Assembly (NCBI RefSeq): GCF_006345805.1
Contig: NC_043000.1
Span: forward strand, 75,020,001-75,084,000
Direction: 5' to 3'
DNA from: Octopus sinensis
Lineage: Eukaryota
DNA length: 64,000 bases
Shown: positions 38,743 through 51,721 of the stretch, piece by piece
Numbering within the stretch: position 1 is the first letter of the stretch
Layout: every line of letters begins with the position of its first letter
Notes under the pieces: generated by a model
Database searches by the model: none
What the model was told of the DNA's origin: nothing
Seen by the model: only the letters and a program-made list of their open reading frames with translations
Program-made: the position numbers and the translations under genes

Positions 38743-40038
38743 TATCTCTCTCATTATTCATAACTTTATACACAACTTATGTTTTTCTCTTGTAACATTC
38801 TATATATTCTCTATGTTTTGTAGAATGATACACTAATGAGTTTTCTTAATGAGAATCACTGGATTAGTTGAATCCATATAGTATGACTTAAATTTATATA
38901 TGTACTAGTTGAATAGCCTGTCATTGCCAGGCAATTTTTACAATAGAATATCTTATATCAACTCTTATTTATTCCATGTCAGAGCATGCCTTCCCTGACA
39001 GATGAGCCTCTTGATCAGGACAGATTTGTGCAATGTTTCACCATAAAACTTCATTGAGGATTTTTTTTTCCTTTTTGAATTATTTATGTGTCTGTTTGAC
39101 TGTTTCAAACAGACACATTCATTAAAACTGCAGAAGTTCTTTCAACTTTGGTCATTGTAATGCTTTGCTTTCATGTGTTTGATAAAAATTCTTCCTCTTA
39201 ATGATTTTCCTTTCGTTTCATGATAGACAGCTATCATGCAGAAAATGCTAGCTCTCATACAGCTATCATGTAGAAAATACCAGCTTCCAAATCCTGTTTT
39301 CTAATTAGATAAAATTGATTAAACTTTAAACCTCAATAACATTTTTATGCACTTTTTCTGGAACAAATAAATAACAAAATCGAATTTAACATGCAAAATT
39401 ATTTCAGTATACCAAATTTGAATATTTTGACGTAATTTTAAAATCTCACAATATGTGACAGCAACAGGAATGACCCAACAAAAGTAGAGAGACAGACAGT
39501 TATAGGATATCACACACACACACATAGTTTCAAAACATACACACAGGTAATCACGAATTTAAAATGGTGTATGGTAGACATGTATGTATGTACGTATGTA
39601 TATATACGTATGTGTGTCTTATGCGATGGACAGCAGAAAAGCCACCTGTCCCTTAAAGTTACATATTCTTCACACCCACCTTTCTGTGTGTATGTGTTGT
39701 ATCTATGTATTTACAAAAGTATGTATGCAGTTGCGTATATATGACAGCCATATTAATGTTACCATCCAGTTTTCACTACTCTTCTCACCTTCACTAATAT
39801 AAGTCACCCTCTCTCTGCTACTACCTTTTCCTTAGACTTATACTTTTTGCAATCTTCTCATTTTATCATATAATTCACCCAACGCCCTGGGGGGGGGGCA
39901 CATTATAGATTTTTATTCAAATCCAATTAGCCTATTATTGAACTGGATGTTAGTGTAACATTATGCAAAGTTTCATGAATATTGGTTTAAGCACTAAGAT
40001 GGTAACAGAGAGACAGAAATTGCCATTTATATATTATA

Positions 40039-40071
<33 letters not shown>

Positions 40072-40087
40072 CCAAATTTGAATATTG

Positions 40088-42096
40088 AAGGTTACGGTCA
40101 TAGCCCAACTGATTAGAAAGAGAGTCAACCTAGACGAGATGCAGTTTAGTTTCATGCCAGGGAAAAGCACCACTGATGCCATATTTCTGGTGAGACAGCT
40201 GCAGGAGAAATACCTAGCCAAAGATAAAACTCTGTACCTGGCTTTCGTTGACTTGGAGAAAGCCTTTGACAGAGTCCCCTGATCCCTTATCTGGTGGTCA
40301 ATGAGGAAACTAGGGATAGATGAATGGTTAGTGAAAGCTGTGCGTGCCATGTACAGGGACGCTGTTAGTAAGGTGAGGGTTGGCAACGAGTACAGTGAAG
40401 AATTCCGGGTGGAGGTTGGGGTCCACCAAGGCTCAGTCCTCAGCCCCCTCCTATTTATCATAGTCCTCCAGGCAATAACGGAGGAATTCAAGACAGGATG
40501 CCCCTGGGAGCTCCTCTATGCTGATGACCTTGCTCTAATTGCTGAGTCACTATAAGAACTCGAGGAGAAGTTTCAGGCGTGGAAGCAAGGATTAGAATCA
40601 AAGGGCCTTAGAATCAATCTAGCTAAAACCAAAGTCCTAATAAGTAGGAAGGTAGACAAATCTCAAACGCCTTCAGGTAGATGGCCCTGCTCGATCTGTA
40701 GAAAAGGCGTAGGTAGAAACTCTATAAGATGCACGAAGTGTAAGCTATGGACACATCAGAGGTGCAGCAATGTCAAAGGAAGGCTAACTAGGAAGATAGT
40801 TTTTGTATGTGGCAGATGCTCTGGTTCAATAAAGACTGAAAGTGCGCAGAGACCATCTTCCGCCACATTCCAGGGAGAAAAACTTGAAATAGTTGATAGC
40901 TTCCATTACCTACGTGACCAAGTCAGTAGCGGGGCTGGGTGTGCCGAAGGTGTAACTGCTAGAGTAAGAATAGCCTGGGCAAAGTTCAGAGAGCTCTTAC
41001 CTCTGCTGGTGACAAAAGGCCACTCGCTCAGAGTAAAAGGCAGACTGTATGACGCATGTGTGCGAACAGCCATGCTACATGGCAGTGAAACATTGGCCGT
41101 GACTGCTGAGGATATGCGTAAGCTCGCAAGAAATGAAGCCAGTATGCTCCGTTAGATGTGTAATGTCAGTGTTCATACCCGACAGAGTGTAAGTGCCTTG
41201 AGAGAAAAGTTGGACCTAAGAAGCATCAGATGTGGTGTGCAAGAGAGGCGTCTACGCTGGTATGGACACATAGTAAGAATGGATGAAGATAGTTGTGTGA
41301 AAAAGTGCCACACCCTAGCTGTTGAGGGAACCTGTGGAAGAGGTAGGCCCAGGAAAACCTGGGACGAGGTGGTGAAGAACGACCTTTGTGCTTTAGGTCT
41401 CACCGAGGAAATGACCAGAGACCGAGACCTTTGGAAGTATGCTGTGCACGAGAAGACCCGGCAGGACACATGAGGCCATAACCCATGGCCCCTACCTGGG
41501 ACGTAGTCAGTTCACCTGTGCATACCTTCCTTCTTGGGACACATAACTCTACTTGTGAAGACCTGTTGAGGCAAGTGAAAATCAAATCAAATCAAATCAA
41601 AATCGATGAACATCAATGGAATTTGTAGTTTTGTGGTACCAGTGCCGGTGGCACATAAGAAAACCATCCGAATGTGGCCATAGCCAGTACCGCATCGTCT
41701 GGCCTCCATGCTGGTGGCACGTAAAAAACATCATCCGAGCGTGGCCGTTCGCCAGCCTCGTCTGCCACCTGTGTCCGTGGCACATAAAAAAAAAAAAACA
41801 CCATCCAAGCGTGGCTGTTCACCAGCCTCATCTGGCACCTGTGTCCGTGGCACATAAAAAACACCATCTGAGCGTGGCTGGCCGTTCGCCAGCCTCGTCT
41901 GGCACCTGTGTTGGTGGCACATAAAAAGCACCCACTACATTCACGGATTGGTTGGCGTTAGGAAGGGCATCCAGCTGTAGAAACACTGCCAGATCTGACT
42001 GGCCTGGTGCAGCCTTCGGGCTTCCCAGACCCCAGTTGAACCGTCCAACCCATGCTAGCTTGGAAAGCGGACGTTAAACGATGATGATGATGATGA

Positions 42097-42100
<4 letters not shown>
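40088..42100 (+). mobile_element. 5'-truncated RTE LINE
   Basis: AFVDLEKAFDRVP, GVHQGSVLSPLLF, LYADDL, RLRWYGH; 3'UTR tandem units; (GAT)n tail. Confidence 0.9.
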
Positions 42101-42170
<70 letters not shown>

Positions 42171-43257
42171 TACAGACAGAGTGAGATATATTACTATAGA
42201 GAGCTGTACAATGAAGACAAGCACAGTTTGAACACAAAAAACACATTTTCTGGTTTATATTTTCAGGTCAAAATAAAATTTTCCATGGAAAATTATATAT
42301 CACTTGAAAGCTTTGGATGTAAACTTACTTTTCATATAGTGTTAATTAAAATCTGACAGTTACATATTATGTCAGGATCCCTCAGACACCCTGGTATTCC
42401 CACACATTTACAAAAGTTTGTCTCATTTTTTTTTTGTTTTTGACTGCCGAACAGTAGGTCTCATTCTAGTTCAATGCTCTCAAGTGCTATAACTCAAGTT
42501 GTGTTGAAGATCATACCTTGATGTAGATGAATGTTTTAGCTTTATTTTGATATAAAACTCAATGAGGGTAGGTCAGGTAATCAATACAAAATATAAACCC
42601 GAAAATTTTATCATCAGTTTTTACTTAGAAAAAACAATTTCTACAAGATTTTTATACCATAAGAAAGAAAAATTTCTTTCTAATTATTATGATCATTTAT
42701 GATCATTGCCAAATCTAGTCACAGTGTGGAAACAAAGTACAGAGTTAAAAGAGAGGGTGGTATACTAGTACTTTTTATATATGATTAACACATATTCAAG
42801 ACAGTTTCAAGGCTTCAGATACAGATTTTGATCCAGAATTTCAAGGAATGGACAAATTAATTGTTAAGTAAACATATTTCTACAAGAATATGCTCTAAAT
42901 TTAGTTAAATAGGGCTTCTAGAATCCAAAATTAAGCGTGTAATCATGTTTATTATGTTGTTTATTTCCTCTCACTGTATGCCAAGCATCATATGAATTTT
43001 GCCTCATGCATATTCTTGTTCAAGTGAATTTCATTTGTTTTAGAGAAATATTGGTCTATTTTCATTAATTAAAATTATATTGTGCGATAAATATTATTTT
43101 GTAGGCTATTAAAGTTCAGTGTGATGTTTTTTAATAATGTTTAAATATTTACAAATGAGTGCTGATTCATTTTTTTTTTTCTCACTCTCCCTCCTACTAA
43201 AAAATTTGCTGTAACTTCTAGGTGTTTTTAATGTTAACGCAAGTAATAAATTTTCAG

Positions 43258-43316
43258 ATATTACCATTTACAAATGGCAGGCATATGAACTGAATGATGG
43301 CCATATTTGGCAATGA
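43258..43316 (+). CDS. Putative terminal coding exon of the host gene (NITIYKWQAYELNDGHIWQ-stop)
   Basis: Acceptor aaattttcag|; the phase-1 start matches exon D; TGA at 43314-43316; candidate AATAAA at 43457-43462. Extra phase 1-1 exons inside the 24-kb intron cannot be excluded. Confidence 0.6.
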
Positions 43317-45553
43317 CCATAATGAATTAGCAAGAAATTTTTCTTTATGGTATGAAAAAATATCTTGAAGAAATTATGTTTTTTTCTAAGAGAAAATTAA
43401 TGGTAAAATTTTCACTTTTATATTTCATAACAATTATCTATTAAGTTTTATATCAAAATAAAGCTAAAACATTCATCTGTATGAGAATCATAGCATTCAA
43501 GCGCATTGATCTAGACTGAGGACTACCATTCAGCAGTCAAAAAATATGGGATAAACTTTGTGAATGGAAGGAAATACCAGGGTGTTTGTGGGATCATGGC
43601 ATCTTAGGTAGGTGTTAGATTTTGATTAAAACTATATGAGAACAAAGTTCACATCAACTTTCAAATGATATATAATTTTCCAAGGAAAATAGGTGTTTTG
43701 TCATGAAAATGATGTACCAAAAATGGGTTTTTGCTTGGTCAAACAGTGTGCATCACCCCTTTCACAGAGATCTCCAAAGATACTTATTAAATTTATTGTA
43801 AAGCTTCAAACTTAGAGTCAATTCAGTTTTATACCATGTACCAGAGTATTAAACTGAGACCCCTACAGATAACAGATTGCAATATTACCATGTTTGAATA
43901 TACAATGAAATGCTTGCGACAGCTGCAATTTCATTTAATTATTTGTAGGGTTGAGTTTTGGGATCAGGACACTCATAAATTGAATTTTCTCTATTCTGAG
44001 AGAGATTTTTCTAATTTTTTTTCACACCAGCCTTGAAAATAAAGAGGGGAAGCTTTTTATAAAACAACATTTTCAAACATTTACAATTTTATTTTACTCC
44101 CACCTCACCCTTGGGACCAATTCTGGCTAATTTTTTTTCTACTTGGCACTTAAAAACAATGGGAGAAGCCTTCATGGTAGGAAAAAAATTTATGAAAATA
44201 TTTTGAGACAAAAAGGTGTGATTTAAGGGAGATTTAGCTGCTGTTTCTAGCACATCCCTCAACATCCTAGTAACAGAGATGTAGAGAAGTGAGTAAAAAT
44301 CACAAATCTTTGTAAATTTTTTTTCATAAAAAGTTCCCTGCCATCATTTCCAAGCTAGTGATGACAAAAAATAGGAAAAATCCCTGTGAAAATGGAGAAA
44401 ATCCAACTTATGTGGGTGTCTTGATCCAAGCCATTTTTAATAGTCCATTCAAATTTTATTGAAATGGTGACATGTCCCAAATTTAATTGCAAAAAAAAAG
44501 TTTTCTGTACCTGAAAAAAATAAGCAATACTGTACCATGGTCACTATTAATTTGAATAATTTGAAGATGATTATCATCTCACTTTAAAATACATGACACC
44601 CCAAATATGGCTATTTATTCATTTAGGCAAATTAGACAAAATTTTAACAAATTTGTTGACCATTCAAGCTGTCATATTTCCTAAAATATTCATCCAAATT
44701 TCACAAATAAGGCATGAAAATGTCTGTTTTTGGATGATCTCTATGAAAAAGTACAGTAGAAATTACATTTAAATATTAAAAAAAATTCAAAGTGATACCT
44801 AATAATACAGTAGACTCTGCTTTATAAATCCATCATGGGACTGCCTATTTTGGAATTATTAAATGAGGGATTTGTTAACCAAAGGAACAAAATTCGCTGA
44901 TAGATTAAGCATGTGTATTTATTAAAATATGCAAATACATGAATAAAATCATTATAAACAATGTCATCATCTCCTTCGGTTTCCTTCTCAGATTGCCGAA
45001 TGTCATGAATGATCTCGTCTAGTCTTTCTTCTTCAGTGTAAGATGATTTGACCAGAGCTGGTAAGCCAGAGAGCTGCACCAGGCTCCAGTTGTTTGATTT
45101 CTATGGCTGGATGCCCTTCCTAATGCCAATCACTCCACAAAGCATGCAAACTATGTGTGGGTATGCTGGGACAATGCATACATAAGAATAAATTCAAATA
45201 TGAAATAGAAGCAGTACTAGTGTAATAAAGATATACTTAATGTATACAGCTCATGTATTTGCTGTTTGGCTGCAATTTGGCATGATGGAGTATACTCTCT
45301 CAAAGTGCTGTGTATTAAAGCACCTGAAAGTCATGGACAGGCAAGATAACTTACCTATAATCTCATCTAGGAGAGATGGACATTGGTGTGGTGATTGATG
45401 TCAGAAAGGGTATCCACCCATAAAAACCATTCCAAAACAGACACTGAAGCCAGCGCCAGTCAAATCGTCCGACCCATGCCAGCATGAAAAGTGGACGTTA
45501 AATGATGATGATGATGATATATGATACACACACACACACACACACACACACAC

Positions 45554-45636
<83 letters not shown>

Positions 45637-46162
45637 CACACTTAAATATCAAACACTGAGAATGAGTGCTCAACACTGCATTGGTGGATACAGATTCTTT
45701 ATTTGTGTATTAAGGTTACCATTGGTTTCATGTTAAGAAAATATCTCAACTATTCTTCAAGCTGATCACAGAAAAATTGTTTTTTTCTCTCCAATTTGGA
45801 TTAAAACATGAAAAAACATGGGAAGTCACAATAAAATCTTGTGAGAATTTTTGGTAAACAAAAACAAGAAATCAAGGAGATGACTGTTCTTTTGGGTAAT
45901 AATTCTTGGATGATTATTTCCCTTGGGTTTGACTTTTGGTAAAAATTGTGTTTATATTATATAATGTCCTGGGTATGTGTAATGTTCCTGTATTGAAGGA
46001 GATCAGCATGATGGAATGTGACTTCTATATGTAGAGTTCATATGATCTATAAGTTTCATATTCATGTTCAGTGAAAGACTAGCCAACTTGGTTGGAACAT
46101 TTAGTTTGATTATCTTTAAAAAAATCATTTTTTCTTAATTTAAAATTTATAAATTTCTCAAT

Positions 46163-46665
46163 AAGTGGTCATATTAATTTGTTCACTTTCTTTTTTCATA
46201 TGAATTGATCCTCATCTGTGTGTGTATAGATCATGGTGTACCTATGTGCATACATACATAAATACATACATAGATATGTGACTGTGTGTGTATGTATGTG
46301 TGTACAGTGATGAATTCGAGGTTTTCATTTATTTATGACTTGATTTCTTAATTCACCAGAGTATAAATACCTATAATGGTGATACGTAAGAAAAAATTTT
46401 TTTTTATTGGATTTAGAAGTGGTCATATTATTTTGTTTGCTTTCTTTTTCATATGAATCAACCCTCATCTGCATGTGTATAGATCATGGTGTACCTATGC
46501 ATATGTTCATACATACATAAACACATACATAGATATGCAACCCTGTTTGTGTGTGTGTGTGTGTGTGTGTACACTGATGGATTCAAGGTTTTCTTTTATT
46601 TACAAATTGATTTCTTAATTTCACCAGATTATAAATACCTATAAGGATGATACTTAAAAAAAAAA
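46163..46665. repeat. Diverged tandem duplication, about 255-bp unit x2
   Basis: agtggtcatatta...tataaatacctataa occurs from about 46163 and about 46418. Confidence 0.75.
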
Positions 46666-48394
46666 GAGATAAAAAAGCATGGTTAAGCAATGCATTGTAA
46701 GCTATGCTATAATTTGCAAAAAAGTTTATATGCGCGCAGGGTATGCTTCACCCCTCCGATGCCTTTTTTTGTCTTTAATAATGTATCTTCATTAGCACTA
46801 CAGACACTAATTTTTAATTTTAATTTAAATTTATTTTTAAAAGTTAACATTATTTTAATATTAAATTATTTTTATTTATTTTACTTTTATGTCTTAACCT
46901 TTTTATACCACAAATCTTAACTCTTTTCTTTACTAAATCACATCTATTTCTAGCTATTCTTAGTGACTAAACAATCCTATGTATCCACCATAGTAAGATT
47001 TGACCACCCACTATGCATTTGTCTATAATATTTCTTGTGTCCACTTTATTGCCTACAACCCCACCTCTATAAGTCTGTAACCTGTCTTGTTTTATATTTT
47101 TCCCTTATCAGGTCTTTACATTTTTGCCCTCACCCCCTAACTTCTTTGGATGGGAATGCCAACTTACTAGCCTTTTGTAGTTATTCCCTCTGGTCCTCCC
47201 ACCCCGAGACAAAAGTATCCCTCATTATATTGCTTAATATATATCTACTACAATGCCCTTACCTATCTGTCTACCTATCTTTCTAATACCAGAATGTATT
47301 ATTTATTCCTCCCCATTCTCTCTGGACTGAATACCTTTCAATATACTGAACAGTATATATCTAATAAAATGCTCTTACCTATCTATCTTTTTCTCATCAG
47401 AATGTATTATTTATTCCTTGTCTCATTATTCACACAGCTTTGGAACTGCAAGCATTCATTCTCCCACAGGACTGAATATCCTTCAATATATTGAACAATA
47501 TATAAATTTAATACAAACCTCTTATCTATCTATCTCACCGGAATGTATTTTCATTCCTCCTCTCAGTATTTGCACAACTTTGGATCTGCTAGCATTCATT
47601 TTCCCTCAATATGGAGTACTGTATAACAATCCTTTCCTTCCTCTTACTATGCTGTGTTACCTAGCCATCCTTTCCGATCATGGATTTTCCTGAAGAAGAC
47701 CCAGTCTAACTGGATTTAATTGGACCCTCTTAGACTCAACAAACATCGTTATTGAGAATCAGTCTTCCACCCTTCCACCCTCCTGGACACAATAAACATC
47801 ATTGTTGATGATCATTCTTTCACTGTCTAACCTATATCTTTCCAACTTACAGATTCTTCATTCAATACAATGCTCCAATAGTTGGGATATCCTAGAAACA
47901 GTTATCAGACACTATTTTTTAATATTTTTACCATTTGTTATGTAGCTGAATTTAGACTGAATTAAGTGAAATTAATTGTCCTTGTCCTGCCTTGCCTAAT
48001 TGTTTGCCTTTCCTCACTACTTTAACATTTACCTAATGACTCAAAGGGATGCCACCTTTAGCTGTTTTTGAACAAGACAGTCACATAACCACAATTTCAA
48101 CTGCTGTTCAGCTGATATTTTGGTGGCACACCTATTTGAACATTCAGAATGCATGCCTATTGGTTTGAGTTATCATGAGAAAAATTCCTCATATCTTATA
48201 TATATATATATATACACACACACTAATAAATGTCCCCCATCCATTGGACAGTATAAGTTTGTGATAGGACTGGAGTCTAAAATAGTGTAATTCTGCTTCT
48301 GTCTATGGTTAAAATTGAGGTTTATTTGACATAGTTGAGACATTAAATCAGAAATGAGCTGGTATTCAAAAAGGAACATGCTTTATTTACAGAT

Positions 48395-48688
48395 ATTGGG
48401 CATCTGCGATGCTCTGCTGATCAAAGTAGAAGCAGCATTGCAAGCACACCAGAGTTCTGCTTGTTGAGCTGTCTGTGATGCTCTGGTGATCAAATTAGAG
48501 GCAGCATTGCAAGCTTGCCGGAATACTGCTTGTTGGGCTGTCTGTTATCCTCTGACAGTTGAAGTAGAAGCAGCATTGCAAGCAGGCTAAAGCACACATT
48601 GTTCTTCTGTCTCACTTGCCTGCAAGGAATGCAAAATGGAAGCATTTTTTGTTTTTCTGCCAGTGTGACTCTTGCTTTTTCGAGGCAT
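48395..48688 (-). mobile_element. Helitron Rep-helicase N-terminal remnant with 23-aa repeats
   Basis: MPRKSKSHTGRKTKNASILHSLQASETEEQ followed by three 69-bp repeats (ACNAAS..RASQTAQQA), with stops; resembles the RASETPEQ repeats of animal Helitrons. Confidence 0.55.
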
Positions 48689-50150
48689 CCTATAAAAAAT
48701 CTGTAATTGAATGAATCTTTTAAAAAATCAATTAAATTTACTTTGTTGCTGTTTACAAGCACTATACATAGTATTTCAATGCAAAAAATTCCTGCACTGC
48801 TAAAGCACACAATTATTTGCAATGGTATTGTAAACACCAAATGGCACATGGATGCAGACAGTTGTGAATGAGCATTCACATCTATAAGCACATGTGGTCA
48901 GAACGTATTTTGAAAAAAATTAATATTCTATCTACCAAAAGTGCAATTGTGGTAAAATGTAAATGATCAATGCAAATACCAGTGCACTGACAGGTAGCAG
49001 AAGGTAAAGGGTATTTCTAAGAAATATCACACTTAAGTGTGAAATTTAAATAAAAAGAATGTGCAAATCAAAACAGCTTCTAGGACTTCTCCGAAAATGA
49101 AAGACAGCCAAAACTGGGCTTCCTTTGGGAAAAAAGGATATTACCTTATATTGATTTGAAACTAATAAAAATTCTTTATAAATAAAGTTATCTAAGTCCA
49201 CATAACTGGAAAACTTCAAATGGGATATAGGGTTTGGCAATATGCAATGTTGACTGATAAAGTAACAAATCTTGTGGATGAATAAGCTACAAGAACCAAC
49301 TAAATAGTGCTTTTTTTTAGAATGTAATCAATGAATATGATCTGTAAAATTCGTTAAAATGATAAGAATTTGCCAAAATATCATTCAGTTATGCTTATTA
49401 ATAAAAAATAACACATAATTTGAAATGTTGATACTAATACTCCTTCTTCATGAAATGGAATTAAAAAATAAACAATGGGCATGTACATGTCAAATCAAGT
49501 GAGTCACGCAAAAGTCGAAAAATACCACTCATTTTTTGTTTTATATAAGTTTTAGATATTTGTCACCCAAATTTCCATGTTCAATTGCCAATCGATTTGT
49601 CATTTTCTACTGTCAATTGAATTTTGTTAGGAGAAAATATTCACACATTATATTGCCAATTAGTTCTATTTGTTAAAGTTAATATTTTATTTCATTTTTA
49701 CTTATTCAAAATAATTGCCTTGTCTTCTTACTCTTTCATGTCAGCTTATTTATTAAACACAGAGGGACATGCCTAGATGCATGCATTTGAGTACAGTTCA
49801 TTCTAGAATTATACCGATTTTCACATATTTTCTTTCAAGAAATTGCTTAGAAAGCTTAATGCTGATTGGATGAACATAGCAGCTGTTCATACACGATTTG
49901 CAGAATGATAGCCAATAAGTGCTAATGAAATTGGATTTTCCATCAAGATTTTGATTAAAAAAGGGCAGATCTCACTTTGAAACTACCGATTATGTTATGA
50001 AATTTAACTGATGCATCCACTGTGACATCTTTTACCTATGTGTAAAATCTCAGTGCGATCAGTTGAAAAATACGACCACTATAATCTTTTACACACATAC
50101 GTGCACACAGACAGAACGTGATTTATATATCATATATGTATATATTCTTT

Positions 50151-51183
50151 TATTCTTTTACTTGTTTCAATCATTTGACTGCAGATGTGTGGAGCACTGC
50201 CTTTAGTCAAGCAATTCGGCCCCAGGACTTATTCTTTGTAAGCCTAGTACTTATTCTATCAGTCTCTTTTGCTGAACTGCTAAATTACTGGGACATAAAC
50301 ACACCAGCATTAGTTGTCAAGCAATGTTGGGGGGGACAAATACAGGCACACAAATACATACATGCATACATGCATGCATACACACACACACACACACATA
50401 CACACACACATACACTAGAAAAAATAAGGTACTCAGAAATCTGGATGGTTTTATATTTACAGATATTTATTAATATGTCACATGTACTTATGCGTACCTT
50501 TCCTTCATCGGACACTAAACTCTGCTAGTGAAGACCTGTTGAGGCAAGTGAAATCGAAATCAAATTCGATGACTAGCATCCGTACTAAAGGAGAGCTAAG
50601 AGCACCATCCGAGTGTGATCATTGCCATAGCAGCTAACTGATCGTTACCTGTGTTGCCTTACTGGCACTTGTGCTGGTGGCATATGAAAAAACATTCGAG
50701 CGAGCTCATTGCCAGTGCCACTGGACTGACTCCTGTGCAGGTGGCACATAAAAAACACCATTTGAGCATGGCCATTGCCAGTACTGCCTGACTGGCCCTC
50801 GTGTTGATGGCACGTAAAAGTACCCACTACACTCTCAGAGTGGTTGGCATTAGGAAGGGCATCCAGCTGTAGAAACTCTGCCAGATCAGATTGGAGCCTG
50901 GTGCAGCCATCTGGTTTGCCAGTCCTCAGTCAAATCGTCCAACCCATGCTAGCATGGAAAGCGAACGTTTAACGATGATGATGATGATGATTATGATATA
51001 TACATATATACATACACACACACACAACAGGTTTCTTTCCGTTTCTGTCCACCAAATCCACTCACAAGGCTTTGGTTGGTCTGAGGCTAGAGTAGAAGAC
51101 ACTTGCCCAAGGTGCCATGCAGCAGGACCCAGAACCATGTGGCTGGAAAGCAAGCTTCTTACTACACAGCTGCTCCTGCACCT
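50151..51183 (-). mobile_element. Family A SINE split by an RTE 3'UTR insertion (+ strand, about 50490-50995)
   Basis: SINE 3' half 50151-50410 and 5' half about 51000-51183 surround an RTE tail ending in (GAT)n. Confidence 0.7.
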
Positions 51184-51526
51184 ATTAATATTTAGCAGAA
51201 GTAACAGGGTAACTCAGGGTCCAAGAGTTTCATGCATTGGCACTTAACAAACTAGTCACAAGTTGAAGGCCTGTGAGTTTATAGATGCTGCTAAATAAAT
51301 AAATATATTTCCCTATGGAATGTTCCAGAACAAATTGTAATAATGTCATGTGGATAATTCAAAAATTTTGCTATATTGTTCAATAAGCAAATACATAAAT
51401 AAGAAAGAAATAAAGAAGAAAAAAGAAAAATATCTTATGCATGTCATCACACAATCATACACACACTCACATATATATACACATACCCACACATGTACAT
51501 ATCAAAAAAACCCACAAAATTTGCAC

Positions 51527-51557
<31 letters not shown>

Positions 51558-51721
51558 TATATATGAATTAGGTGTATGGATGTGCATGCATATATATATT
51601 CGAATACACACACATATATATATATATACACACAAGTACATATACATACAAATATATATATGTATGTGTATATATATATACACACACACACACATGCATA
51701 TACATATATATATATATATAT

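Noticed and set aside
44822-45079. Minus-strand ORF (EEERLDEIIHDIRQSEKE) as a second host gene
   Set aside because: Its 5' part lies in an RTE tail fragment and I found no convincing donor or partner exon.
47685-47720. CTGAAGA-A-GAC-CCA-GTC motif (a similar one at about 37297)
   Set aside because: GAAA and stem I/III are lost; at most a decayed PLE-type hammerhead, too weak to call.
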